NCBI RefSeq assembly: GCF_000143415.4
Contig: NW_003314292.1
Span: 471,538-535,537 of the forward strand
Origin: Selaginella moellendorffii
Lineage: Eukaryota > Plantae > Lycopodiophyta
Direction of reading: 5' to 3'
DNA length: 64,000 bases
Shown here: one piece after another, positions 49,012 through 61,318 of the stretch
How the letters are laid out: each line of letters begins with the position of its first letter
How positions within the stretch are numbered: position 1 is the first letter of the stretch
Position numbers and translations under genes: made by a program
The notes under the pieces: model-generated
Told to the model about the DNA's origin: nothing
Database searches by the model: none
Seen by the model: only the letters and a program-made list of their open reading frames with translations

Positions 49012-49350
49012 TCCATGGAACGTCGGCTTTTCCTGTTTGTGTTCGTGTCTAGTTCTTAGCAGTCGCCCAGCGAGGCGAGAACGAGTAAGAGCTTTTTCGT
49101 CTCTAATTCTTAGCAGTGCCATGGAACTCGGTTTTCCTGTTTGTGTTCGTGTCTAGTTCGTTTAGCACTTGGATTTTTCCTGGTTGTGTGTGATTCTTTT
49201 CGTCATGGAACTTCAGTTTTTCCTGTTTGTGTGTGAGTCTAGTTCTGAGCTGGAACTTGGTATTTCCTGTCTGTGTGTGATTCTTTTCTCCATGGAAGTT
49301 TGTGTGTGATTTTTTCGTGGAACTTCGGTTTTCCTCTTTGTGTGTTGTTT
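49012..49350. repeat. Degenerate dispersed-tandem repeat (CATGGAAC..GGTTTTCCTGTTTGTGT...), about 5 copies
   Basis: Copies at ~49013, 49119, 49204, 49251 and 49318. Confidence 0.7.
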
Positions 49351-50859
49351 AAACTTTTTTGGACATGGGAAAGTGATCCGATTTACTGGCAGGCGATCGT
49401 CGTTCCTGAGAAGGAGCTCGCGCTTTTTCTGGGTTTCGCCCCGGCTGCTAGAATTCTTCGTTCCTCCACCAGTTTTTGGAGTACTACGTTCTCTAATATA
49501 CACTTCACAGAGCTTTGGCTGAGCTCAAAGGTGAGAGGTTTCCTTTAGTTCTGCTTCATTTCTTTGTTTACTGATCTCACGTTTCCAACAGCAGGGATTC
49601 CTCCACCGGGGCCGAGCTTCAAGGTTGGAGAATTATTTGTCTAGTTTTGGAATCTCACGAGTTCTCTTTCTGGCAGCAGGATGAGATGGTAATGGCCAAA
49701 CACGTAACGTTTATCCGTGAACTTCAAGAATGGATCGCTGCTAGTATTGATATCAAGTTTATGGACGACAAGCTGACCGAAAGCAGTGCCTCGGGGCGGT
49801 CCAAGAACGTCGTCGGAGCTTCATATCGCTAAGAGAAGGTGCGTGTTCTACGCGAGCTAGCGATTAGGATCATCTTTGACAGATGCCTGCGCCAGGAAAC
49901 TCGAGAAAGACGTCTCAGTTTCGAGTGTTCATGCACTGACGTTCTACTCTCGTTTTCTGGAGGCGATCTATGAGTTTGAAAGATCGACGAACTGGTGGTG
50001 ATGAGGTTGAATCCCGCATCACGGGGTTTTGTTGAAGAGGAACCAAGAGCGTTGCTTCTTTCAAGTTTTTGTTTTATCATCTTCGTGCCAGGAAACTCGA
50101 GACATGGAATCCGAGTGATCTATGTCCGAGTGTATGGGGAATATGCTTTTCGTTTGAAAAAAACCGCGCTCAAAGTTTTGCCTTATCCAACTCGTGGGTG
50201 GGGCCGAATTATTTTTTATATCTATTGACAAATGGGGCCCGACCAAATCAAATTCACTGCAACTAGACAGGAAAAAAAACATCTTTGGTCCAATTGATCT
50301 CTGCCGTGAATCTTGGAGAAAAGCTAGTTGTATAAGGGCACAAAGAGGGACATGAGAGAAAATGTGCTCATAGAGATTTCTCCTGGATGAATGACACTAC
50401 AGGTTCCATTCTTTTTTCTATTTCCTCAAGTGAATGAGAAGATCTCAACAGAGGTTTCTTCTTGCAGAGAGCTTTCTCGCCATGTTCAAGTTCTTGAGTG
50501 ACTCGTCCGAAGGAATCACCTGTGATTTCAAAGGTGAGATTCCAAGTTTTGTCTTTGTACCTCAGGTCGATGATTTATCAGGAGTCACCATGCCAGAAGT
50601 TCACCTAGAAGTCGAAGGTAAGTTCTCCTCAAACCTTCCAAAGTTCCTGGAGTTTTGGAGCAACGTAAGTACCTCAAAATGCAAAGCCATAACTTCACAG
50701 AGACTCTGTTTCCTTACCAAACTTCCTGATCCAAAACCAAGCTGGTGACGAAGATGATGAGGAAGAGAATCTAATGAAGCTGCGAAAGGAGAAGCAGACG
50801 CAATCCAACCGTGAGTCCACCAAGCGCTGCACCTCAAGAAGCAAATCCAGCTTGAGGAC

Positions 50860-53800
50860 AATAATTATCATTTTCATTTTGAGGCGGTGTTGTGAGGTTT
50901 TTTCATTTGCGACCTTGAGTGCAACTAAACATGAGTGCTCTTCTTATGATGTCTCTAAAAGAGTTAAATTGACTTCAATGCTCCAAAAGTGATGTCAATA
51001 TTTTCTTCAAGATTTTGCTTCAGATATTGTTTGATATAAATATGTATTATCTTCAGTGTTCTATATGTTACTTTTTATTTAAACAAGACAGATAGTTGCA
51101 TGGGTTTGGTAAATTTTTTTGAGCATTGTCTAAAATGCCTAAGAGTGGGTTTGGAAAGTGTGCACATGTGGATGTATAAGAAAATCAAGAAAAAATTAAA
51201 AACATATAGCTATTATGATTTGATCCCAATTAAATTTATTGGTACTGTCTCTAAGCAAAAGTAGGGTAAAATAAATTTAATTTAAATGCTTGAGTGTGAG
51301 ATTCTCTCCATAAAATACAGTACAGACTTTATGAAGCACTTTATGAAGCACGAGAAATATGGGAAGGCATATACTCCTTACAAGCATATATACTAGATCT
51401 TTATCAATATCTTGCACTAGGATCTTAAAGTGAATATTCATATATACCAAACAAACTTTACTGTTGTTAAATTGTAGAAGACTTTTGGAATTAATTAGAT
51501 TTTCTAAGACTGTCAATGTTTATTCTCTATCAATAATATAAACTTATTATACTTTATAAAATTATTAAAAAATATTTTTCATTTAACTTTTTATTTTATA
51601 TACTTGTAAGTGCTCTTTCCACAATATTGCCCATAGTATTCATATGTTTCCATTTCTGTTTTTACCATCTCAAAAAATATTTCATAGTAGTCTTTTAGAT
51701 ACATAATGTTATAGTGTGTCACAAAAGCACATATACTATCATATTGATCATCGCCATTGTTTTCATCAGTAGTGAAAAAACATATAAAATATTTTTTAAA
51801 AGTCATCGAATTATAGTTTTTTAGAACAAGTAGAAGAGAATTCTTTTTCACTCAATTTGTTGCATCCTTTGTCATTGCATTTATCTCCAACTTATGATCA
51901 CTATCTTCATTATTCTTTTTTTTTTTTTTTCTCTTGTATAGTTTGGTTATATTGTGCAATGGAATGATTATTATAGCTTCTAGCCCTTGAATTACTACTT
52001 TGGAAAGAAATATTATAAGAGTTAAAATTACCAATATTAGAACCCACAAACGTTTGTATGTATTTCCCTCTCTTTGAATAAAAATGCGAATGAAAATCCA
52101 TAAATTCTAGACACTATATTATGACAAACCTCTCAAAAATGTATTTTAGAAAAAAACCAAGTCTCTTTTTTATATGCAACAAGCTTATTTCAATAGTTGT
52201 TTTTTTTCCTTTCAAATAGAATCTTATTTCAAATTTAATAATTTTTAAATTCTGACAAACCTAATATTTACTAGCCAGAAAACATAGAGTACAAATTTAA
52301 GGAAGTGACAAGGATACTTTTTCTGCAAATATTTTAGTTTATGTTTTAACAAACATCTCTATTATAGCATGTAGTAAATATTTAAATTGTTAAAACAAGA
52401 AGTGTCCTTTAGAACAACAATGTGTAGAGAGTTTTAGGTTTGCTATAACCTTAATATTTTAAATTTTATAATGTTTGTACTAAATTACAATTAAAAATTG
52501 AGCTTAACTCATGAAGTTAATTCTTCAACTCATGAACTCAAGAGTGATCCGTGCTCCCTGATAAAATGTTAAGGAAGCAAGGATGACAAAAAGAAAAATG
52601 CACCTTCTAATCCATTTCATTGTTTATTCACTCTTGTGAGAAGCCTTTCACAGCCGAAGGAGACCGATGCAAATTTGTCAGTTGTGAGCTTTCAAGCAAA
52701 TCGTACTCATGCACTAGTGGCTACAGATCCACACGGATTTCAAAACTTATGAAGAGCCTCCATAGCAAAATGTTTATACGGTTGTGGAGAAAAGAAGCTC
52801 TAGTCAAATCCTCTTGCTTTTGTCCCTGTTAAGAAACATACCATGCAAAATGATGGCAGACTGAAACGAAGTCTTACACTGTCTTATTTGGCTAAGAGCA
52901 AGCAGCTTACGAGCTTCTTTGCACCTATTGAAAACTGCAGAAGCATTCTTCTTTGCTCCGGAGAGAAAGTGAATCCTTGCAGAGAATCACTGCAGCATTG
53001 TTGATGTCAGAGATAAACCGTCTAAGCTTCTAGATGTACTGAGTGACGCTTTATCTTGAGAGAGATCTGACCAAACTTGTTGTGATGAATCCAAAGATAA
53101 CCAAAAATCTTTAAAATACTACCATCATTTGGTGCGGCTGAAACGTTGAGTACTTAAAGTTTCCTTTTCCTCCCGTTCAGCATGCCGGGTAAAGGGGATC
53201 TAAAGCGCAAAGTTGAGACTTCTAAGAGTCCATTCCCGCTAGATTGTAGCCTATCTGAATGAGAAATAAAATTGCGACAAAGAGAAGTACCAATGCTTAT
53301 CAATGAATTCATGAGTAGCGCTATGAGTAATGTTGACTCTTCATGTGTCAAGCCAATGCCACTATTTCATCTGTTAGATCGTCCTGGAGTCGCCATTTGA
53401 AACATAAATAGTTTCGAAAAATCACAGCCTTGTGAAGCTTCGTAAGGTTGGAATTGCGACGGCACGTCAGATTTGGTCCCATCTTATAAAAAAAGGTTAT
53501 ATCCCTATTCCTTCATATAGTTTAAGGTTTACATCAGAAAGGAAAAGCATGGATATGAGTTTCTTCTGGCGGATCAAGTTCACACTTCTCTTCCCAAGCT
53601 GGGTGCCCGATAGTCCAGTCAACTACGCGTTCATGCTCATGTTGACTGCGGGGCTCGGAGCTCTCCACGAATGGATTGCCCACAAGCACTGGATGATTCT
53701 CACTGCCTATTCCACGCCAGGACCCATCATGGTCAAGGATCCGCAGAGAGACTACCCCAAGCAACATGAGGACGCGATACTGGTTGCGGTGTTGATGCAT

Positions 53801-54712
53801 GCCGCCTATGTGACCACGAGCTACTTGCTAATGATGATGGCTATGTCGTTCAACGCAGGGATCTTCATTGCAATCACTGTGGGATTGTGCATTGGATTCT
53901 ACGCCATCTGGCCCCTGGAATCGTCAAATCGTGCCAGGATTGTGCCAGGGCCAGCATCTTGTTAGAGAATTAAGATTAAGATATTCTCTATCTAATCATG
54001 TGTTTAAATTAGTTTAAAAACCTATGAAGTATATACTATTATTATTATTATTTATATAACAAAATCCCAATCTTGTATGCTTTATATCGGCACTCACTCA
54101 GATAATTCTCCTTACTGATGGATTCATTAAACTTACAATAGAGATGCCAGAACTTCTCCCTTCTTTCGTTTCTGGGTTTCAAAATGAAATTTAGTCAAGC
54201 CTTAGATATCACTCTAGGATTCTAAGGGATTTTAGAGATTGCGTCCCTTGAACAAAAGTTGCCAAGAACGGGGAAGAAACACCACAATAGCTGCAGCGGT
54301 TCCATGATGGGTTTCATGACTTGAGAGGCAAGTTGACGCACCGATGAGAAACACCCATGCAAAGGCCTTCTCGTAGTTGTATAGAGCCAGCATTGTCCTA
54401 AGTACTTGAGCTGAGAAACCATCTCCCCGGACTCTAAATCCGATTCAATAGTGGCCCTAGTATGAATCTCCATTGCTTTCAAAACGGGGACCTGGAACTA
54501 CTTCATTTCTTTCTATATCACCTTTTGCAAATCAGTTTCGATTGATGGTGGTGAGTCCATCAAATGTGGGACTCAAACATTTATGCCTCTACAACTGGGA
54601 CTCAAGCTATAGTATCATATAGCAACATTTCAATGGGTATTTTTTAGGTTTCCAAGAGACTAGGAGAGAGGTCTTAGAAGCCTTATATTCCAATCTAAAT
54701 TTGGATCTAATA
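50860..54712 (+). repeat. Local segmental duplication; paralog is ~30450-31389 joined to 44476-47425
   Basis: Collinear similarity through the AT-rich block, the COPT gene and its downstream region. The empty insertion site (single CCATT) is at ~51754-51758. Confidence 0.88.
53549..53965 (+). CDS. COPT: Ctr/COPT copper transporter, copy 2 (138 aa)
   Basis: Same length as copy 1 with five visible amino-acid differences (N>H, E>G, G>V, D>E, G>A). Confidence 0.9.
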   Translation: MDMSFFWRIKFTLLFPSWVPDSPVNYAFMLMLTAGLGALHEWIAHKHWMILTAYSTPGPIMVKDPQRDYPKQHEDAILVAVLMHAAYVTTSYLLMMMAMSFNAGIFIAITVGLCIGFYAIWPLESSNRARIVPGPASC

Positions 54713-57700
54713 AGGATGGTTCGGCTGGGATAGTAATATGTGTTGCATTTCATTAGGTTTCATGTATTTTTTGGGCCTGAGAAGCAAATTGAGGCTCATT
54801 ATCTGAAGTTGATTGGAGTCCCTAGATTTTTATGTGGGATGTATGGGAAAGAAATATTGTAGGAGTCAGATATGAGGTTTTAGTCACCAAGTTGGATGTG
54901 AGGCATTCTTTTTGGAGTGCCAAGATCGAGTGCTTGCTTAATTCCAGTGCTTTGAAATTATCGAGAATATTCAAGGAAAACGATTTGCAAGGAAGGCAAG
55001 AACATCGTCAAAAAGAAGTTACACCAGATCAAAGGACTGAATAGACTTCTATGCACTGAGGGCAGCCTCTCAAGTGTATTTCAGAGTTTGATCAAAGGCA
55101 AGTCTGCTTCTCTTTTCAGAAGAGAAAAAAAACAATTTTCCAAACAGGTTGCAAAGTAAGAGGACAAACTGCTTGTGGAGTGTTTTTGACAGAGAGCGGC
55201 AGAGGAAAAACCGTGATCAGAGAGGTAAGCTCTTGAGTTCTTAAAAACATTTAAGTTCTTGGCTAATTTACTTTCTAGGGGTTCACATGACCGTTGCCAA
55301 TGTTGATAAAGCTGTTTGAGGGCTTCCTGATACCCACCTCTATTGTCTATAGGCTGAGGGTGTACAATCAAAGGCTGCAAAACATTGCCATCACATTTGA
55401 CAAGGTACTTTTTTGTTTTTGTTATTGATGATGTTTTCTTTTGCCAGTTTTAGGTGAGGTACACCTCTTTTGAAAAAGCTCAATTAGAAGGAACTTGTTT
55501 TGTGGCTGTGGGATGCAGAAAATTTGATTGTGAATGAGGCATAGTTGTATAATGCTGCACATCCTGGCGGAAATTGAAGCAGTAGGTTCAAAAGCATATG
55601 CCAGATGACAGGGGAAGTCTCCGGGAGTCATTCGTATGGTACATTTTCTCCTTCTTGTTTATAAATTATAAACATGTTTATAATTATAAAATTTTATTTT
55701 GGATTAATAAGAAAGAATATAAGCAGACCAAGTGTTGCTACATGCAACGCATAGCAAATATTTCTTACAGTTACAGTCGAGCCTGAGTCATGCAACACAT
55801 GCCCACCAACATGCACTATTCATAACAACCAGGTCTGCAGCTGCATCATGTCTTGACAACACTGTCAGCTCCAAACCTCGCAGCATATCACTTAGCCTAA
55901 ATAAATTGTCAGCAAGGACAACACACAAGATTAATCTTATTGCATAAATGGTAAAATAAAAAGAATATACTAGAAAGTGTTTAAGAAAGTTTATAAATTA
56001 TAAATATGTTTATAAATTATAAATACAAAATTAATCTAAATGAATAACAACCGTTAAATGGTAGAATATTCTAGAATATCCAAAAATATTCTAGGTACAT
56101 TACAGGTTTGCATAAGCAAACCAAATTTTTTTTTGGATAAACAGCCTTTAAGTTCTATAGAGTTCCTACCTTAGGTTGAGTTTCTCTAAGCTTTATTATT
56201 AAGCAACGTAAGAGGAAGAATTTAGGAAACTTTGGACTGTACCTTCACATTTTCTTGTTCCCACTTCACAAAGCTGTCACTGAGTACTCAATAAAAAACC
56301 AAAGAACCAATCAGATTTTTGGGCAATGAATTCAAAAGAAAAGATTACCAAGTGAAGTTGCTGCAAAAGATTAATAAGCAATTGCACTGGATAACAAATG
56401 CTAATTAGATGCATATTGTAGGAAAAAGACTCAAGAAGCCAGAAGGAATGCTTGCAAAGTTGATTTGGCTGTTGCAATATAGCAGGTCGATTATGTGGAA
56501 ATTGTGTTTTGTGTTTATTGAGCAGGAATGGAATCAAAATTTCCTGGTGTACCTGAGCTTAGAGAGTATATTGCTTACAAAGTCATAAACTAGAGCTTTT
56601 ACTGCCCCTTGTCCTTCTACTTGGATTTCCAGAATGCATTTCCAGATTATCTGGGTGAACCCTGGATCGATCCATAATTTTCTAGTGATTGTATATTATA
56701 AAATTTCTTAGAGATGCTTTTCTTTGAATTTATCAGATAAAAATTAATAAAAATTAGTTATAATGTATTAAATATTATTTATCAATTATCATAGAAAAAT
56801 AATCCAACATCAATTGTGTCTAACTGAGATCTATTATGAATACTATAAAAAACAGAGAGTCATAAAGTTTTGACCAATAAGATTCTTGACAGCCACTCTT
56901 CTTGAAACCATATCTTGATACAGCTTTCAAGCACAAGCAATTCTAAATCACTATTTCCAGAAAGAATGACACAATCCCTATCAGTTCCTTTATTTTGAGC
57001 AGCTGTCTCAACCACAAGGCTATAAAGGATATTGTCTCAACCAAAGCTTGATGAAGCTTACTAATATTACTACATGTGATAAAAAAAAACAGCCATAAAC
57101 AAGATCTTGTTTGGGATCACTACTGGAGTGAAATGATCTATGGCTTGTTATCTAAAACCATTCACCAAGTAACTATCTAACATTACATTCCAACTTATCA
57201 AATCCTTCTTGGGCATTGCATCGAATGTGGATTTAGCAAGATAACAATCTGGAATGCCATCTAGGGCCATCAAACAGATCCTTGGCACCATCAATCTATG
57301 TTTAATAGGGGCAACCATTTAATATACACCATGATGTTGCAAGTTACTCAAGAGTGGAGTTTCATTTGATCTTTGCCTCAGTAATGTGGAGGCTACCACC
57401 AAAACTAGCAAGAATTGCACATCAAAACACTTTGTTTCTTTGTGACATTCAACCAAAGAATAATTTTTCTTCATTCAAGAAAATACACCATAAACTAGTT
57501 CCAAATGACCACATCTTGCTTTGACATTCTCAAAGAATATATATATAAAATACTTAGCATTGCCACCTCCTTTTAAAGATTATTGTGCATTTGACAACTT
57601 AAGGAAAACTTTGTCACCAACTTTATACTCCTAATAATAATGATGCTTATTAGTGAATTTTTGGTCTTAATCTTGAGCTTGCCTCAAAACAAGGAGCAAA

Positions 57701-58363
57701 CCTTAAGCTAACCTATGAACCCTTAAGGCATTATGGCCTTAAATCCCATAAACTATAGAATATTTTTAAAATATTCCCATAGTTTATGTTATTCTCCCCT
57801 CCCTTATGACCCAACCATGAATGGCAGGTTCTAGAAGTTAAACAAGCCTCACATGAAGGGAGTCCAAGGCAATATGGCCATAGAGAAAAGATGTGCAAAC
57901 AACAACACTAACATCACGATAAACAACTATGAAAGAAAGAAAGCAATACAATTGTCTCGCATAACAATACAATAATGAAAACAGGAGAATGAGAATAGAA
58001 CAAACAACTCAAATTATATAATAATACGGCTATAGAACTCAATTCTCTTGTTCTTTAAGAATGTCATCCAAATCGTAACCAAAACTTGGAAACACTCTCT
58101 TCACATTGTCCTTAGTTTCCCATGTAACTTTATCTATGGAATAATCATTCCACTAAATTAGCAACTCCCGAAGCATGTTTTCACCAATCTTTGAGCAAGA
58201 ATATTGGCTAGATTAGCCTTCTTAGCATCAATATCTAGGACTTGGATGATGACCAATCCACGACATCACTAAAGTGCAAACATACTTTAAGTTTACTCAT
58301 ATGAAATGTTGGATGAATCTTTGAACTAGCTAGCAAGTTTAAAGTGTAAACAATATCCCCCAT

Positions 58364-58988
58364 TGTAGTGCACATGATTTTTACCCTTTATCCTATGGTG
58401 ATTTACCATAGAATAACCATGAAGCGGTGCCTAAACCCTTTACATGCCACGTGTCATATGCCACGTGCCACATGCCATGTGTCCAAATGACAGTGGAGTG
58501 GAACCCAAATTTCAAAGCCTTGGGCCACTGAACGAAGGAACGGTGCCAAACTCCCAAACATAGAGCTAAAGAGCAATGGCACTGGAGCACGGAATAACTC
58601 TTGAATATATAGCCCAAGGAGCAAAGGGATAGGAGCATGGAGCAACTTGGATTAGTCCTAGAGCAACCATCATCCAAATGCCAGGACTAACACACAAAAC
58701 AAAGCCAAATAAAGTTTAGCACTATTTCAGCATACTAGTGGCCTAACGCAAGGATATGAGTACTCCATCAGCTAACATGATGTGGAACTTGGGCTTAGAC
58801 CCAAGCCAAACGCAGAACAAGTACAGGCATGCAAGCAAGAACTATACCTCAGGTTGGTTGGCAATGCCCAACTTACCCACTATCTCTACTATACATTTGG
58901 AACTCCTTATAACCCCCCCCTCCCCTCTTGAGGAACACATGTTTTGAGCTTTCACCCTAAGCCTCCTTTAGTATCAAAAGTTAGTCTC
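58364..58988 (-). mobile_element. Truncated, diverged family-B LTR (3' half)
   Basis: Reverse complement of ~31911-32539, including the terminal ...CTACA and the G-box cluster remnant. Confidence 0.85.
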
Positions 58989-59654
58989 CATAAAGCTAGA
59001 TTAGTGGAATTGAATAGAAGGAGTAGTCTTTCTTGATAAGCTCAGATAAGGATTTATTCATTCAGAATAAAGAGAAAATACATGTCCCCTAGGAAAGATT
59101 TGTTTTTATGCTAAAGAAACCCTTATATATCTAAATGCTTTCTTGGATGGGGAAGTCCAAGGAAAGAAATCAAAGGGTACATTGGATAGAAATTTCTTTC
59201 TGGAACAAACCTTCCCTCAAAATTTTGCTGGTATGGCATATAAAAATTTTCTCCAGGCAATATAAACTTTGAGGAAAAGAAAAGAAGAGACAAATACTCT
59301 AAGAGTAATGTCTACATATTTTTTTCTCCATTCTATAACTCTGTCAATAAACCATGAGGATTAATGAGCAGAGATTATTAAGCTAACAAGGAAAACAATT
59401 TTCCACAATATGTTTGCATACAAAAGCAAATTAGGCAAAAGGACAAAGCTTAAGGCTAACATAGTAAGGTAGAGTGACTTAGGTAATTTAGAGGCAATTA
59501 GAGAGCTTTTTTTTCCCTATCATACTTTCCCTCTCACTCACTCCACACCTACACCTTTGCTAAGATATGCCAACACTCTAATCTTAGCTTAAATGCCACC
59601 TAGAGCCATACAAGGGCAAATGCCATCACCGCCACCTACTGGATTGAGCACATT

Positions 59655-61318
59655 TGTGAGACATAAAATCCCTAGGCCCCAAAGTAGAGTTGGAAGGGTG
59701 CCACATGGTAGTGGCTGAAACGAAAGCCAAACAAGCGTAACACGTTTGGACCAAAAGCTCCAACTTGAAAGGTCGAGAGTGGGAGTGGAATTCCCAACAA
59801 AGTGCTCAAGGAACGAGCACGAAGTGAGCAATAAGCGAGGCTCTAAAAAGGGACCCAAAAAGGACCAACACATGACACATGGAAGTGTCTGAGAACAAGT
59901 CTGAGATGGAGTTTGAGATGGATCCGAGATGGACCCGAGATGGAGTCCGAGATGGACCCGAGAAGGAGTCTGAGATGGAATTTGAGATGGATCCGAGATG
60001 GACCCAAGATGGAGTCCGAGGTGGACCCGAGAAGGAGTCTGAGATGGAGTCCAAGATGGACTCGAGATGAAGTCTGAGATGGAGTCCGAGATGGACCCGA
60101 GATGGAGTCCGAGATGGACCCGAGATGGAATCCGAGATGGAGTCTGAGATGGAGTCCAAGAAGGACCCGAGATGGAGTCCGAGATGGACCTGAGATGGAG
60201 TTCGAGATGGACCCGAGATGGAATCCGAGATGGGCCCGAGATGGAGTTTGAGATGTAACCGAGACCGAGACCGAGACCGAGACCGAGTCCAAGTCTGAGT
60301 TCGAATTTGAGTTCGAGTCCGAATACTAATACAGACAGTTGGGTGAAAGCCCAAAGCGATCGTCCCCCGGGAAGGGGCTGTGGGGGGTTCCAAAAGTATA
60401 GTAGGGAGAGTGTGGGCTAGAGCCCAGTGGAGCCAGTTTGGCCTAGGAAGGCCATACCCAGTGTTGGGTGATGAGTTGGCTACTGGGAAGTCCAAGGCTA
60501 GAGTAAATACGGACCAACAAGTAGGGTAGCTTGGTGAAATGTTCAAGAGCCGAATCTAGTTCCCCCGGGAGATTAAATGGTCGATGCTCTCAATTCAAGT
60601 GTGGGTGGCCTACCTACTTGGATATCTGGCGTGGCTCAATGGAACCTCGCTCTAAGCCCATGGCTAGAGCACCCAAAGGTGGAAGGCGGGGAGAGTACCT
60701 ATGAGGCTCGTGTAGGGCTACAATGTTCTGAAATGTTGTCCCAAAGGCCCAGACTGTGGAAAGGAAGAGTAGCCCTCTTGTGTAGTGACCAAGGATACAG
60801 TCGTGTGGTGACGAAGTCCCATAGGACTATGGGACTTAGTGGTCGGGCTTGTGAGCCTCGATCTAGTGGCAATGTTGGTGAACACGGCCATGGGCAGAAA
60901 GGGACTTGGTGGGGACCGGAAAAGGGATATTGGGGAAGGCTATTCCCCATATCTGCGGGCATCCTAAGGATGCTAAGGAGTGGATCTGGGATGATCATTC
61001 ATGGACGGATGGCCCAGTCTTTGAGAGACAGGATTGTGATATAGGTGGTGTTAGACCACTAGTGTGACCAAGGTGAATGGGCATGGCCTTAGCGTAACGG
61101 GCTGATATGTCGGTGGTACTTTGGGGTGTCAGTCATGGGATCGGACACTTGGAACACTTGGACCAAGTGCGATGGTTGAGTGGCATGGATGCCATTCTTG
61201 GGGCTAGCAAGTCCTTAAGTCCAAAATAGGACTTATGGAGGTTATGAGTGAAACTCCTCCAAGTGGTTAGAGGTGTGGCTAAGTGACTAAAGTAGGATGG
61301 AAAATTTAGTAGCTTACA
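59655..61318 (+). mobile_element. Solo LTR of family A (1664 bp)
   Basis: TGTGAG...CTTACA ends. Flanks ACATT / ACATC (4 of 5 TSD match). Internal GAGATGGAGTCC/GAGATGGACCC array at ~59900-60320. Inverted paralog of 1-1685. Confidence 0.88.

Noticed and set aside
49012-49350. CRISPR-like array
   Set aside because: Eukaryotic context, degenerate repeats, irregular spacer lengths and no cas genes.
53432-53548. N-terminal extension of COPT copy 2 in the ORF track
   Set aside because: Starts at GTG and is not conserved in frame in copy 1.
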